This document shows positions 42,489 to 54,595 of a DNA stretch of 64,000 nt, in pieces (positions within the stretch are counted from its first letter, which is position 1; each line of letters opens with the position of its first letter). Made by a program: the position numbers and the translations under genes. The notes beneath the pieces were generated by a model, which was given only the letters and a program-made list of their open reading frames with translations, was not told the DNA's origin and did not search any database. Origin of the DNA: Marsupella aquatica (lineage: Eukaryota; Plantae; Marchantiophyta); contig OZ316898.1 of assembly GCA_973895155.1 (NCBI GenBank), forward strand, positions 3,038,480 to 3,102,479, in the 5' to 3' direction.

Positions 42489-45400
42489 AGTGGTATCTTG
42501 ATGAGCCTCAGGCTCAAGGAAGGGAGCAAGATGTAGGATCACTTGGATGAATTTGACAGTCTAGCGGTAAATCTGTCAAACCTAAGAAAAGGAGTTGAAG
42601 ATGAGGATAAGACCTTGCTTCTTCTAAGCTCCTTACCGTCGTCATATCAGGGCTTGAAATAGGTGCTCTTGTATAGAGATCTGAAGTCTATTTTGTATAA
42701 TGAGGTGGTGAGCTCCTTGCTATCTGATGATGCTCAGAAGAAGCTAGGTCTATCACAAACAACATCTTCTTCTGGCACTGAGCTAAACGTGAACAGGGGA
42801 AGAGCAGCGCAACGCACGAATGGGCAGAATAGGTTTAGATCTAAATCCAGAGGGAAATCGTAAGAGAGGAAGCCTCTTGCATGTTGAAATTGTGGCAAGC
42901 CTGGCCACATGAAAAGGGATTGTCGAGTAAAGAACCCTACTGCATCAGCAAACACGGCATCAAGCTCGCATGAGGTAGATTTACTCGATGATGATGACAT
43001 ATTGTGATGTCAAGGTTATGCTCTCAACGTAGTGTCAAATCCAGGTAGTGATGACTGGATTCTAGATAGTGCATGTACTTTTCATATTTGCTCTAGGAGA
43101 GATTTTTTCAGTTCTTACACGGTTTCCAACGGGTCAATATTGATGGGAAACGGAATCCCATGTCAAGTTGTTGGACTTGGATCTATAAGATTTCAGATGT
43201 TTGATGGTGCTATGAGAACGTTGAGGAATGTGAGACATATTCCTAGCATGTTGAAAAATCTCATTTCACTTGGAGTTTTAGAAGCAAATGACCATCAGTG
43301 GAGTTCTGCTAATGGTGTCCTTCAGGTTTCAACTGGTACTAAAGTTGTATTGAAGGGAAAGAGACAGAGCAATCTATATGTTTTTGAGGGCAGTGTAGTT
43401 TGTGATGAAGCCAATGTAACCTTATCTCATGAGGAGACGGCCCGGCTGTGGCACTTCCGTTTGGGCCACATGAGTGAAAAAGATTTGGTTATTCTTCAAA
43501 AGAAAGGATTACTTTCTAATTTACAATCTTGTAAGTTGGAATTTTGTGAGCACTTTGTGCTAGGGAAGCAGCACAGGAAACCCTTCGGAGTTGGAACTCA
43601 CACCAGCAAGGAGGTACTTGAGTATGTACATAGTGATGTGTGGGGTCCAGCCCCTACTCCCTCACATTCTGGACGGTTATACTATGTCACGTTCATAGAC
43701 GATTACTCAAGGTATGTGTGAATATACTTTCTACACAATAAGTCTGATATTTTTGCCACTTTTAAGAAGTGGAAAGCCCAAGTTGAGAATTAGACTAGTG
43801 ATAAGGTGAGATATCTTTGATCGGATAACGGTGGTGAATACAGTTTCGGGGAATTTGGAACATATTGTAAGGAGTAGGGGATTACCCGCCATCTCACAAC
43901 AAGTTATACTCCTCAGCAAGATGATGTTTTTGAGAGACTCAACCGAACACTATTGGACCGCTCGAGGAGTATGTTGAGTCAATCATGCTTACCACATGAG
44001 TTTTGGGCTGAAGTTGTCAACATTGCAGCTTATTTGGTAAATTTTTCTCCATCCAGTTCTATTGGGTTCAAGACGCCATTTGAAATGAGGTACAGGCGTC
44101 CAACATATTATTCACATCTGAGGATTTTTGGATGTGATGCTTATGTGCTTACACCTTCCCAGCTTCAATCCAAGTTGGAGTCCAAGTCGAAGAAGTGCAT
44201 TTTCCTTGGCTATCAGAAAGGTGTGAAGGGTTATAGATTATGGAATCCAGTAACCTGTAAACTAATTGTCAGTAAAGATGTGTCATTTAATGAATCCATA
44301 TCATTAAAGGAGGGGGAGAGTTCTCTGGACTCCCATACTGACAAGGGGAAATCTCCCATCCCGGACAGGGTTGAGGGGGAGATTAGTCATGATGTTGTTC
44401 ATGACAGGAGAGATGGAGAAGCTTCGGGCTTGGAGCTGGTTCCTATGATGGAACAAGAGGAGCAGATTGTTGTTGGGATACCTCAAATTCAACCAGCAGC
44501 AGCAGCAGATCAGCCTGAGTCATCTACTAGAAGAACTTTCAATCGTTCTACTAGAGCTCCTACCAGGTATGGTCAATGGCCAAACTCATCTAAGCTAGAT
44601 GATATTGACATTGCACCTGATGAAGATGACATGGCTTTGATCCTGGAAGAAGGAGAGTCTTCTTCATACAGTGAGGCTTGTGCTTCAGAGCAGAAGCATG
44701 AGTGAAATGCAGCAATGCAGAGGGAGTTGCAATCTTTGAGTGACAACAAGACTTGGGAGCTGGTGGAGCTTTCAAGAGGTCAGCAAGTGATGGACAGCAA
44801 GTGAATTTACAAGTTGAAAGATAGTCCTTCAGAGGGTGGAGACAAGATCTACAAGGCAAGGCTTGTTACCAAGAGGTTCACTCAGGAGAAATGAGTGGAT
44901 TACAATGAGGTCTTTTCACCGGTGGCTAAGCATTCCACAATTCGGATCTTGTGTCAGCTTATTGTGTTTTTTAATCTGGTGATGGATCAGATGGATGTTG
45001 TTACAGCTTTTCTCTATGGCAACTTGGAAGAGTTGATCTTCATGAGACAGCCACTAGGCTTTATGAAGAAGGGCCAAGAGAACTTAGTTTGCAGATTGCT
45101 CAAGTCCTTGTATGGATTGAAGCAGTCTCCCAGACAGTGGAACAAGCGGTTTGATGATTTCATGCTTGCTCAAGGTTTTACAAGGATGGTGTATGATCCT
45201 TGTGTGTATACGAAATCAGTCAAGAATGATGTATTTGGTTTCATCATTCTGGTGATCTATGTGGATGACATGCTGATTGTGGCTAAAGATCAATCTAAGG
45301 TTGACAGTCTCAAGGCAAAATTGAGTGTTGAATTCAGGATGAAGGATCTTGGTAAGGCCAAGAGGATCTTAGGGATTGAGATTTTTAGGAACTCTGATAC

Positions 45401-46427
45401 TGGACAGTTGTGCTTGAGTCAAGGCCAGTATGCGAGGAAAGTACTTGCACGATTCAACATGGAGAACTGTAAGCCAGTGACTATTCCTTTAGCTTCACAT
45501 TTCAAGTTATCATCGGCTTTCTCTCCTACGGATGCTGTGGAGAAAAGCCTGATGGCTAAGATTTCTTATGAGAAGGCAGTAGGCAGTCTGATGTATTTGA
45601 TGACTTGTACTAGGCCTGACTTGGCCCTAGCGATGGGCAAGGTTAGCAGATTCATGTCAAATCTAGGGAAGATACATTGGGAAGCTGTGAAGTGGATTCT
45701 CAGGTATCTGAAGGGAACACAGGAGTATGGATTACTATTTGATGCCAGATCAGATAGAACGTTAGTTGGCTATGTAGATTCTGACTATGGAGGCTGTCTG
45801 GATACAAGGAGGTCTACAACTGGGTTTGTATTTACTCTTGGAGGAGGATGTATCAGTTGGAAATCTACCTTGCAGAAGAGTATATCTCAGTCAAAAGCAG
45901 AGTATGTTGCAGCAGCAAAAGCAGCAAAGGAAGCAATTTGGTTGGACAAGTTGAGCGCGAAGATGGGCTTAGAGCATGGCAAAATGACTCTAAACTGTGA
46001 TAGTCAGAGTGCTCTTCACTTGGCTGCTAACCAGGTGATGGATAGCAAGGTGAAGCACATTGATATCAGGTACCATTTTATCAGGCAAGCAGTGTCTGAT
46101 AAAACTTTTGAGCTAGTCAAGATTGATGGAAAGCTCAATCCCGCTGATGTTTTTACCAAAGTGATTCTTTTGGAGAGTTTCTCAGGACACCGTCCTACTT
46201 TGCAGGTTTTGCAATTGTAGTGCAAGTAGAGCTATTTAGCAATGTGTGACTATTTGTATATGGATTACTCATTCCTGTATGGCTACGGCTTAGTTCTAAT
46301 TAACCCTTAGTTAACCCTTGTGGTTTTTAGGGGGAGACCTAGTTTGGTGATTGTCTAGAACTTCCCGTTGAGGATTCCATATGGTTGCATTTAGTCTAGT
46401 CCCCAAGACAAGAGTCAAGGGGGAGTT

Positions 46428-46770
46428 TGTTAGATATTGCTCTAGTCTTGTGACTCATGAGCTAACCACAGTTAGTCTAACTCGGGTTAGGACTTAGCTA
46501 ATGTTAGCGGTAGTGCTGTTGTGCATATAGCCAGGGTTGATGCCAGACCCTGGTGAAACTTAGGCTCATTGTTATGGAGCTAGTTGAGAGATAGGGAGAG
46601 CTTGTGATGTGGATGCTTGGTATGGCCGGTCGGCCTAGAGTGCAGTAAAGCTCTTGTGTGTTCCTGTGGACGTAGCCTCATGTGGAGGTGAACCACGTAT
46701 CTCTCTGTGTCGACTCTTGTGCGTTGGATGGTTTATGGGCTTGCCGTTGGATTGTCGTCTATGCTCAACA
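46428..46770 (+). repeat. 3' LTR of inner copia element
   Basis: Near-identical to 42144-42488; preceded by the polypurine tract. Confidence 0.95.
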
Positions 46771-49700
46771 TAATTTACACGATTGCAAATTATAAATGAG
46801 TCCATTCTTCCGTAAGATAGCCAAACCTTTCTCACTCATGTGGCCTAGCCGTGAATGCCATAGTTGAGCCATCTCCTCGTGAGACTTGGTTACATTGGCC
46901 TCTTCGCATACAGTATTGCCTTGCAACACATACAAATTCTTCTGTCTGCTTTCCTTCAAAATCATTGACTCTCCCGACCTGACTTGAAGTTCACCATCAA
47001 TAACGCTCCATTGATAACTATTTGAATCCAACACACCGAGTGAAATTAAATTTTTACGCATGCCAGGTACATACCTGACTCCAGACACTGCGCACAGCGC
47101 CATCAAACATTTGAATCTTCATAGACCCAATACCCTCAATTTGACAGGAGTGATCATTTCCCATCAGAACTGAACCGTTTGAAATAGAGTAAGAACTGAA
47201 AAACTCACGAATGTAACAAATGTGAAAAGAGCAAGCACAATCAAGAATCCACACATCATATGCTCACCTAGATGACATGCATAGGGCATACCCCTGGCTT
47301 CATAATACATACTCATCATTGAGTAAATCAACATCTCCATCAGTCCTAGCCACATTTGTTGATGAGGATTCAACTGCCTTTCCCTTACATTCTTGCTTGA
47401 AGTGTCCAACCCGGTTGCACTTCCAACATGTCACCTGCCTCCTCTAAGGGGATTTTCCCTTGGACTTAGATCTGGATTTAGATCTAAATTGGGTTCGACG
47501 GTCCCCAGTTGGTCGCTGCATACTCCTCCTACAATTAACATTGAGGGCAGTACCAGATGATGAAGGTTGTGACGTGATGTGCATCTTCTATTGAAGATCA
47601 TCACTGAGCAAAGAACTTACCACGTCATTGTATGAAATGGTATCCCTACCACGATGCAACAACACCCGTGATAGGGACTGGTAAGATGGAGACAATGAAT
47701 TGAGAAGCTGCAGAGCCTTTGTCTCATCATTCAAAATTTCCCCAAGGTTTTCCAAGTCAACAACCATGTCGTTGAAAGCATCCACATGGTCCTGCAACTT
47801 CATACCAGATTACTTCATCCTGAAACTCATCAGTTTGTAGGAAGTATAGAGTCGGTTCGACAACTCCTTGCGGTGATACTTGCTCTACAATTCCGCAAAC
47901 AAGGACATGCAATCCTTATGTGCACCCAATTGCTTGACGATGAGAGGCATGAGATAGAGTGTAACACACCACACTCCTTGTTCCTGCATGCGATCCCATT
48001 GATTCTCATCAATATTGTCTTCACAAGGGCTCAACAATTGGTCCATTCTTGAAGCATAGAGCACTCCCTTCACCTGCTTCTCCCATAGCAAGTAGTCAGA
48101 GCGCCCATCATACTTTGTCACTTCATATTTGGGTCCCCCAAGCTTGAACGTCCCCATCTTCTTCTTTGGCACTACCGTGTAGAATAACTTCCTCCACCAC
48201 ACGCGCACCGGTGATGGTACCGGTGTCACGTGCTCTTCCTCCTGCTCCTATCTCTCCACCTCAAACCGCCGCGGTGATCCTTGTGCTTCAAGTTCCACGT
48301 CTTCGAAAATCTCCTCCGAATCACTCATATGAGAAAATCACAAAAAAATGATGTTTTTCACAACTTCTCAAAAAACTCAAAACTAATCACCGCTGCGTAA
48401 CCCACAAAGCTAGGAGTCCAACACTGAAAACCAAAATTAAAATCAAAATTTGACGGAAAAGTTATACAAATTTTAGTCAGGGTGGGTAAAACCTTGGGAA
48501 ACTCCCCTGGTTTGACCACCTCAGGGAATAACTGAAATGCCAAGTACAACATGTCGTCAGAATTGTAATTTGATTGGTGCGCCGCGTTACTAACTTCAAT
48601 GGCTACGACCTCGCCAAAAAAGAACTGAAAAAGTTACCATTTGGCGCGTAGAATCTTTGTCCGATGGGTGAACATAGCTCTATGTTTTTTGGGAATATTC
48701 TCTGTACAGTACAACAGGTCTCATATGGGGCCGTTCCCCCTGTGCAGCCGGTTAAAGTGGGGGCGGCAGGTCTCGGCACAAGGCACAACCAATAGGGAGT
48801 GAGGAGGAAAAACAAATCGGGCCCTTAAAGGGGTTTTAGGGCCCATTCAGAAAAAACCTTTGTATATGGGGTCGGGCGTATGGCAGTCGTAGGGGCGGTA
48901 CGAGGGCACAGCCGCGAACTGCCGCAAGGGTTGGGCTGGATTGGCGACTACAACCGGCAATGTAAAAAAAATTTGGGCGGCTACGAAGCAGCCATGTACT
49001 GGGCGAGGCGCATTTTGGGCCTGGGCGTTGTTTTTGTGCCGACCGACGCTACGCAGCTAGCTGTAACTGAAGAGGGGCGGGTATCGATGGGGGATGCGAG
49101 GGTAAAGACGGGTTATGGGGCACACACAAAAAATCACCCTATAGTAACCCCTAAAAAAGCCAAATTAAATACAACAAAGGCCGTGTTACAAACCTCGCCG
49201 CTTCCATTTTACACAAGCAAAGTGAACATTGTCAATGGGAGAAGTTTACAAATTGCACCGGCACAATCTGCTGCTCCAGCATAGAAAAAAACTTTCCATC
49301 ACGGCACACTCTCTCCGCGTTTAAGTGATAATCCTGGACTCAAAACGACCGCCTCGCCGCGATCAAACCGTTGAGCCGTAGCACTTTGTGTTTCTTCCTC
49401 CAAGTTAGACGCGGCGACAAGAAAACCTGGTTTAGATGTGAACAAGCTCCATAGCCTGTGAAAAACCTGAACTCCTCTTTCACTCGTCACGACGCACTCG
49501 GTAACCACTCGGCAACAACTCAGCTACCAAAACAATCAGCTTGCTTCAATCTTCAACTTGAGCTACAACATGTGATGACTTCCACACCGCACAACTCACA
49601 CCGTTGGAAACTCCAACTCTGGTCTCTCCCCTGAAAGACCGTCGAACATGAAAAAACCTTAAGAACAATGCAAACTCCGATTCCTCCGCACCACGGATAC

Positions 49701-49870
49701 CAACTAATGAGTTCTATACACCAATAGAAAGCCGTCGCACTAATGTATCCGCTCAGCCACACACATTCAAGTTTCATGTGATAAAACTCTGAATGCAACA
49801 TCAACAATGAACGTTGGAAAAACTATCACGAACAAACCTTGTCACCTCCCAGGCATGCTCTAATACCAAT

Positions 49871-50216
49871 TGTTGAGCATAGACGACAATTGCAACGGCA
49901 AGCCCATGAACCATTCAACGCACAAGAGTCGACACAAAGAGATACATGGTTCACCTCCACATGAGACTACGTCCACGAGAACACACATGTTGAGCTTTAC
50001 TGTACTCTAGGCCAACTGACCATACCAAGCATCCACAACGCAAGCGCTCTATCTCTCAACTAGCTCCGTAACAATGAGCCTGAGTTCCCACTCTCCAAGC
50101 AAACACCGCTTGGTTATAGAGTGTGCACAACATGACTAACCTAACCAAGTCTACGACTAAGGTTAGCCTTAACTACGGTACAGTCGTAACTCTAGACCTA
50201 AGAGTAAATCCTAACA
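49871..50216 (-). repeat. 5' LTR of outer copia element
   Basis: TG...CA termini; followed on the minus strand by the PBS. Confidence 0.92.
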
Positions 50217-51494
50217 AGAACAACCCCCGGTCTCCTGCCATCTGCCCAACTCCTACCTCCCTGGGACAAGCGGTACGTCCCTCCACCTCACTACTCTGGC
50301 TGAAATCCCTCCTCTTCCGTGTGTTACTCACAAAGATCTTTCCATACTAAACTGAGTCCCCCCGATTCACTACGAGGCTCCCCCCTAAATACTGAAAAAA
50401 CACACCAAAGCACCCTCACGGGGTTACAACGATGGCGGCTACCCTAGCGGCACCGCTAAAACCCTACACAAGAAATCCCTAACCTAAAACATGCGGCACA
50501 CACATGCTCCTAAAACCCTAATCTAACTACGGGACCGACGGTGCCTTCGACAATGCCAATTGTAATCCGTAGTGCATAAAAAATAAGGGCCCTGCACTAG
50601 TCAAAACTCATAACTACTTCAAATACTCTTCTAATGAACAACCTGTGTGGCCCTCCTTCACCTGAACACGACTCCGTAAACGGACCCCGGAGGGCCAAGT
50701 TACGGATGTTTGAATCAATAATACGCCCAAACTTATAACTTCTTGGTCCTGGCTCCGCTCAGGGAGCGCCGCACCTTGCCAGAATTGGCTCCTCAACCTC
50801 CTTCCAACAAGCCCTGGAGTTGATCATTCTGAGATGTGTCGGAAACAATAATCCATACGGCTAACATCCGTATGGCCTACTAGTCCTCATTGCCACCACC
50901 GGTCCGCCGTAGAAGGAGGGGCCCCCAACAATTGTCGAAACTAAAATATTCTCAGAATTCGCTTCTGAAAATATATTAGGAGCCCTCCTCTTCCTGATCA
51001 CGGCTCCGTAAATGGTGCACAAAACGGAGGTCAAACAGTCGAGATACGGTTGTTTACATTTTTACCATAATCGGGGCACCGCCTCCTTCCTCTCCATCCA
51101 ACATATCACCCCGGCTTTGAAAAACACAGATCACGGTCCACGTAGGTGCTTCTACTTCCTCCTCCCCTTGGAAAGCCGGGACCTCCTGTAGTACGGACGT
51201 CTGTACGGCCTTCAAACTCCTGTATTCTCAAAAAAATACGATCCATTGTATCTCCTCCATCCTAGCTCCGTTTTGGCCGTGTGACACGTCGTTGGATTCA
51301 GGTTGGCGAGCTCTATCCAACAAGCCCGTAAAATCCTGCTTTTGAGATGGTCAAAAATCTAATGTTCGTACAACCAGGGTCCATACACACATTGAAAGCA
51401 AGCACAATATGGAAGGGTTTAGGGTTTAGGAATGGGTGGTAACCCCACAAGTGTGAATAGAGAAAAAGGGAAGTAAAAAAGTGTGAAGGACCCT

Positions 51495-51568
51495 CTACGG
51501 ATGGGTTCTTCTATGGAGTGCCCTTTCTACGGAGTGCCCTTCTACGGAGTGCCCCTTCTACGGAGTGC
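51495..51568. repeat. Short tandem repeat of ~16 bp (ctacggagtgccct(t/c)t)
   Basis: Four to five consecutive imperfect copies are visible. Confidence 0.8.
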
Positions 51569-52284
51569 GGAAGGGAAAGAGAGCAAAAACCATGTGAGGA
51601 CCACACAAAGGGTGAAGGGGAACACAAGTGTGGGAACCCCTTCCTTCTAAGGGCCCTCCCACCATCACTACTCCAAGATTGCCTTGGTTTACCATTTTAT
51701 GGGCATTGAGTTTTCTCGAGATGTCACTATTTGATACAGACCTAAAATCACTAGAAAACCCCAGTTTTGCATGGGGCTCATTGAGGGCTTCAAAATGAAT
51801 CCAAACATGACCATATTTGAAATAGTACTAACGCAACAAAGTATGTTTCAAGTTTCAATGTTTTCTATATTTTGGTCATTATTTTCGTTTTGCGCCTTCT
51901 GTGGAACCTCCAGCTAGTCCCCACCCCTCCGAGATGTCCACACCTTGCCTCCAAGTCCTTGGGATGTCTTGTGGCCTCCTTGTACCCCCTCAATGGTTCC
52001 CTTGTCGCCCGATACCCCTCTCAACTTCGGCCTCCAGTTGTTGCATCCATTTATTAGAACTAACAAAAATAAAAAAATTGAAAATCCAAACACTTTTATT
52101 ATACCTACTTATCTTTCTATTTATATACACAATTATAATTCATCTAAATTACTATCAAGTTTGGGGCCCTGTCACATGAAATGAAAATAAAAATGGAAAA
52201 AATATATTCTTGTTTTTTTACTAAAGAGGCTCTTTATTTCTGTGTCACAGTACAATATTCCAGAGAATCTTTTCCCTTTCTAAT

Positions 52285-53502
52285 TTAAAGCATAATAGTA
52301 GTCAATGTTGTGGTATTGTTTAGTAAATATGTCCAGGGCATCATCTCCCACACAATGTCTTTGTTGTGAGTATTAAACCCTCTACTTTTTACAAGGCAAT
52401 GTCTTATGAAGGGAAATTCCTCTTCGGGTTGGATTGTGTATTCACTGTACTTCATCAAAAGTTCACCATCCACAAGGGTAATGATTGTCGGCACATCAAT
52501 CTTCCGTGGACCATCATGCAGGTCAATGTATGAAGATGAATGCAATTTTGTCCAAGAGTTTTCCTCTACGTTGTAGACCAGAATACTAGAGATGCCAAAA
52601 CCTAGAGCCGAGGAAAGTAATTGTGCCCAATGCAATTTTCCGTGTGCCACAAAAAAGCGGTTGGGTCGTTTGTTTCCTGGTCTCTTAAAAGGACCCGCCA
52701 CTCTCCATTCGTCCTTCCCTGGATGATAAATATTTACGGATATTGGAAAGTGCTTGTGTCTATCGCGTGGGTCAATGAAGAAAAACTCTTCTCCAACGGC
52801 TTCAGTCTGATGATGATATGTGCCAGGCATCGGTTTGAGTAGCGACCAGGAATCCCTCTTGGGATCATATACCTCTGATTCAGAACGTTTGAGGACACCC
52901 CTCTCGAACTTATGACCTCCAAACAGATAAATCTTGCCATGAAGGACACCACATCCATAGAGTGTTCTTCGTTCCGTCCTGCTTGTGCACTTTCTCCACT
53001 GTCTTTCCCCAGCAGCCACATCCAAAACAAACACATCCTTACCCTGAGATGAATCGTCACGACTGCCAAGGGGGTAAAGAATATCAATGGCGGGAGCCTC
53101 TTCGAAATCAATAGCGGGAGCCTTTTTGTCAAAGAGATATATCCTCCCATCTAAAGAAACCATGTGGTTTATACGATTACTGATCAGAGGAAGCTCTATG
53201 AGAGAACTATCTCGCATCATGGACCAGAGTGCAATCCGACCTAGGGTAAAACTGAGATCAACGATAAGGAGTGTCTCCGTCGAGTGAGATAGAACTCTCG
53301 CATCATACACCTCGCGGCTTCGTATGGCATGACGCCAAGCTCGACTTGCGGATGATAAGCAATCGTAGAAGACTTTCCAAGGCAACTTTGGGCATATCTC
53401 ACACAGCGTAATGTCATCAGGGATCCCTGGGAGAAGCTGCTGCCGCGTTTCGTATGAACTCGTACATTCTTCGTTGGTCTGCGAGCTTGAAAGTGTAGCC
53501 AT
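52285..53502 (-). CDS. F-box/kelch-repeat protein, intronless, ~405 aa from the first in-frame ATG
   Basis: F-box-like LLPGIPDDITLCEICPKLPW...SRAWRHAIRS; kelch motifs GKIYLFGG, SEVYDPKRDSWSLLKPM and IYHPGKDEWR. The track ORF starts at GTG 53607; the first ATG is at 53502. Confidence 0.85.
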   Translation of the reverse strand: MATLSSSQTNEECTSSYETRQQLLPGIPDDITLCEICPKLPWKVFYDCLSSASRAWRHAIRSREVYDARVLSHSTETLLIVDLSFTLGRIALWSMMRDSSLIELPLISNRINHMVSLDGRIYLFDKKAPAIDFEEAPAIDILYPLGSRDDSSQGKDVFVLDVAAGERQWRKCTSRTERRTLYGCGVLHGKIYLFGGHKFERGVLKRSESEVYDPKRDSWSLLKPMPGTYHHQTEAVGEEFFFIDPRDRHKHFPISVNIYHPGKDEWRVAGPFKRPGNKRPNRFFVAHGKLHWAQLLSSALGFGISSILVYNVEENSWTKLHSSSYIDLHDGPRKIDVPTIITLVDGELLMKYSEYTIQPEEEFPFIRHCLVKSRGFNTHNKDIVWEMMPWTYLLNNTTTLTTIML

Positions 53503-54399
53503 TGTTTGTCGCCCTGTCAAAGCGCTAAACCCAAAACCGGAAGCCCCGTGCCCTGTGACCTGCCTGCCAAGCAACGAGAGGAGCAAACTAGAGGTTAGAG
53601 GTTTCACCCAGCTCAGGAACGAGAGGCTGCTGCTCCCTCAGGACCGGAAGGTACAAGTTTGCTGCATGTCGATTCAAAGCAATGTCATTGGGAGTACCAA
53701 GCTTTGCGCTCAGCTCAGTAACGTCGATCAACCAACACACGTTGTAGCACGTCCGTCCGGGTCACAACATTATACAACTCATCCATCAACCCATGAGGAC
53801 TATGAAGCGCAAGGAAGCTCAGTGGATCATGAACCGTCTCCGAGATGATCGTCTTGGACGCCCTGGTTTCTTCGCTGCCTCGCCCTCGTTCTCACGCAGT
53901 CCTCAAGATAAAGTTTATTGCGCTTTCAGTCAGTGTGAGCGAGGATCACTAATTTAGAGAGGGCAGGCGCTCATGAACACTTTCGAATGCCTTCAACGAC
54001 AAGCCAGGCAGCATGGCGAGAAGCACGGTCGAATCTAACCAACCCATCCCTTGCAAGTGAGATACTTTTCTCGAGCCTTTCTTTATGTAGGCATAAGACT
54101 TTCTCTTGCTTTCCTATCATGCAACCTGTGGTGCAGATTCATTGGTCACCCAAACATCCTCCCTCCCCTTGCCCATCCCTCTCCCGCCCACGCAGTTGCA
54201 TCCTCAACCTCCTTTCCATGCAGCCGCAGCCTCCTCGATTGGACTTTGCCATGCCAGATTTCAGCAGCCTACGGCTCCATTGTTCCAGCTACAATTCGCT
54301 TCAATGTCGGTCCGACATTTTGTAGGACCCTTTGAAGCTAAGAAAGTCTCCCTTGGAACCATCCACAAAGTACCGCGCACTTCTTCTTACTTACAGTCT

Positions 54400-54595
54400 T
54401 TAGATCGCAGTACTAATCCCATCTCCTTAATAAGCACTTCGGGATGAATCTTGTCAAAGTCTTTCTTAATATCAATTTGTACAAGCCAAGTCGGTGCCGT
54501 CCACGAGTAACGTAGGGTTCGCAGGGCTTCGTGACAGCTTCTCCCAGGGCGGAACCCGTGGCTTGAGTCTCTGAAAAGCGACTCAAAGTGCGGTT
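54400..54595 (-). pseudogene. Fragment of a group II intron-encoded reverse transcriptase/maturase (probable organelle-derived insertion)
   Basis: PHFESLFRDSSHGFRPGRSCHEALRTLRYSWTAPTWLVQIDIKKDFDKIHPEVLI matches the F...SHGFRPGRS.H.A / W....DI...FD.I signature (RT subdomains 2a-3) of group II intron ORFs. Only ~65 codons long, with no YADD region. Confidence 0.8.

Larger units (their letters stand above)
42144..46770 (+). mobile_element. Inner Ty1/copia LTR retrotransposon nested in opposite orientation; non-functional (multiple stops)
   Basis: LTRs 42144-42488 and 46428-46770 (TG...CA; ~11 substitutions + 2 indels by eye). Perfect 5-bp TSD taatt (42139-42143 / 46771-46775); truncated PBS tggtatc at ~42491; PPT at ~46416-46425. 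gag zinc knuckle, protease WILDSAC, integrase HSDVWGP, RT YVDDML and RNase H are present in ORFs 43032-43721, 43953-44705 and 44895-46220. Confidence 0.96.
40129..50216 (-). mobile_element. Outer Ty1/copia LTR retrotransposon, decayed, internally deleted and interrupted by a nested element
   Basis: LTRs 49871-50216 (5') and 40129-40477 (3'). iMet-type PBS tggtattagagc at ~49857-49868 (-); PPT tcaagggggaga at ~40479-40490 (-); imperfect TSD aggac/agaac. Remnants of gag (YDGRSDYLLW), protease (WILDCACSFH), GAG-pre-integrase, integrase (HSDVWGPS, LRSDNDGEY), RT (YVDDML) and RNase H (EAEYVAA, HIDVRYH), in copia order. Confidence 0.93.

Noticed and set aside
51415-51430. Telomeric repeat gggtttagggtttagg
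   Set aside because: Only about 2 units; a common interstitial telo-box-like motif.
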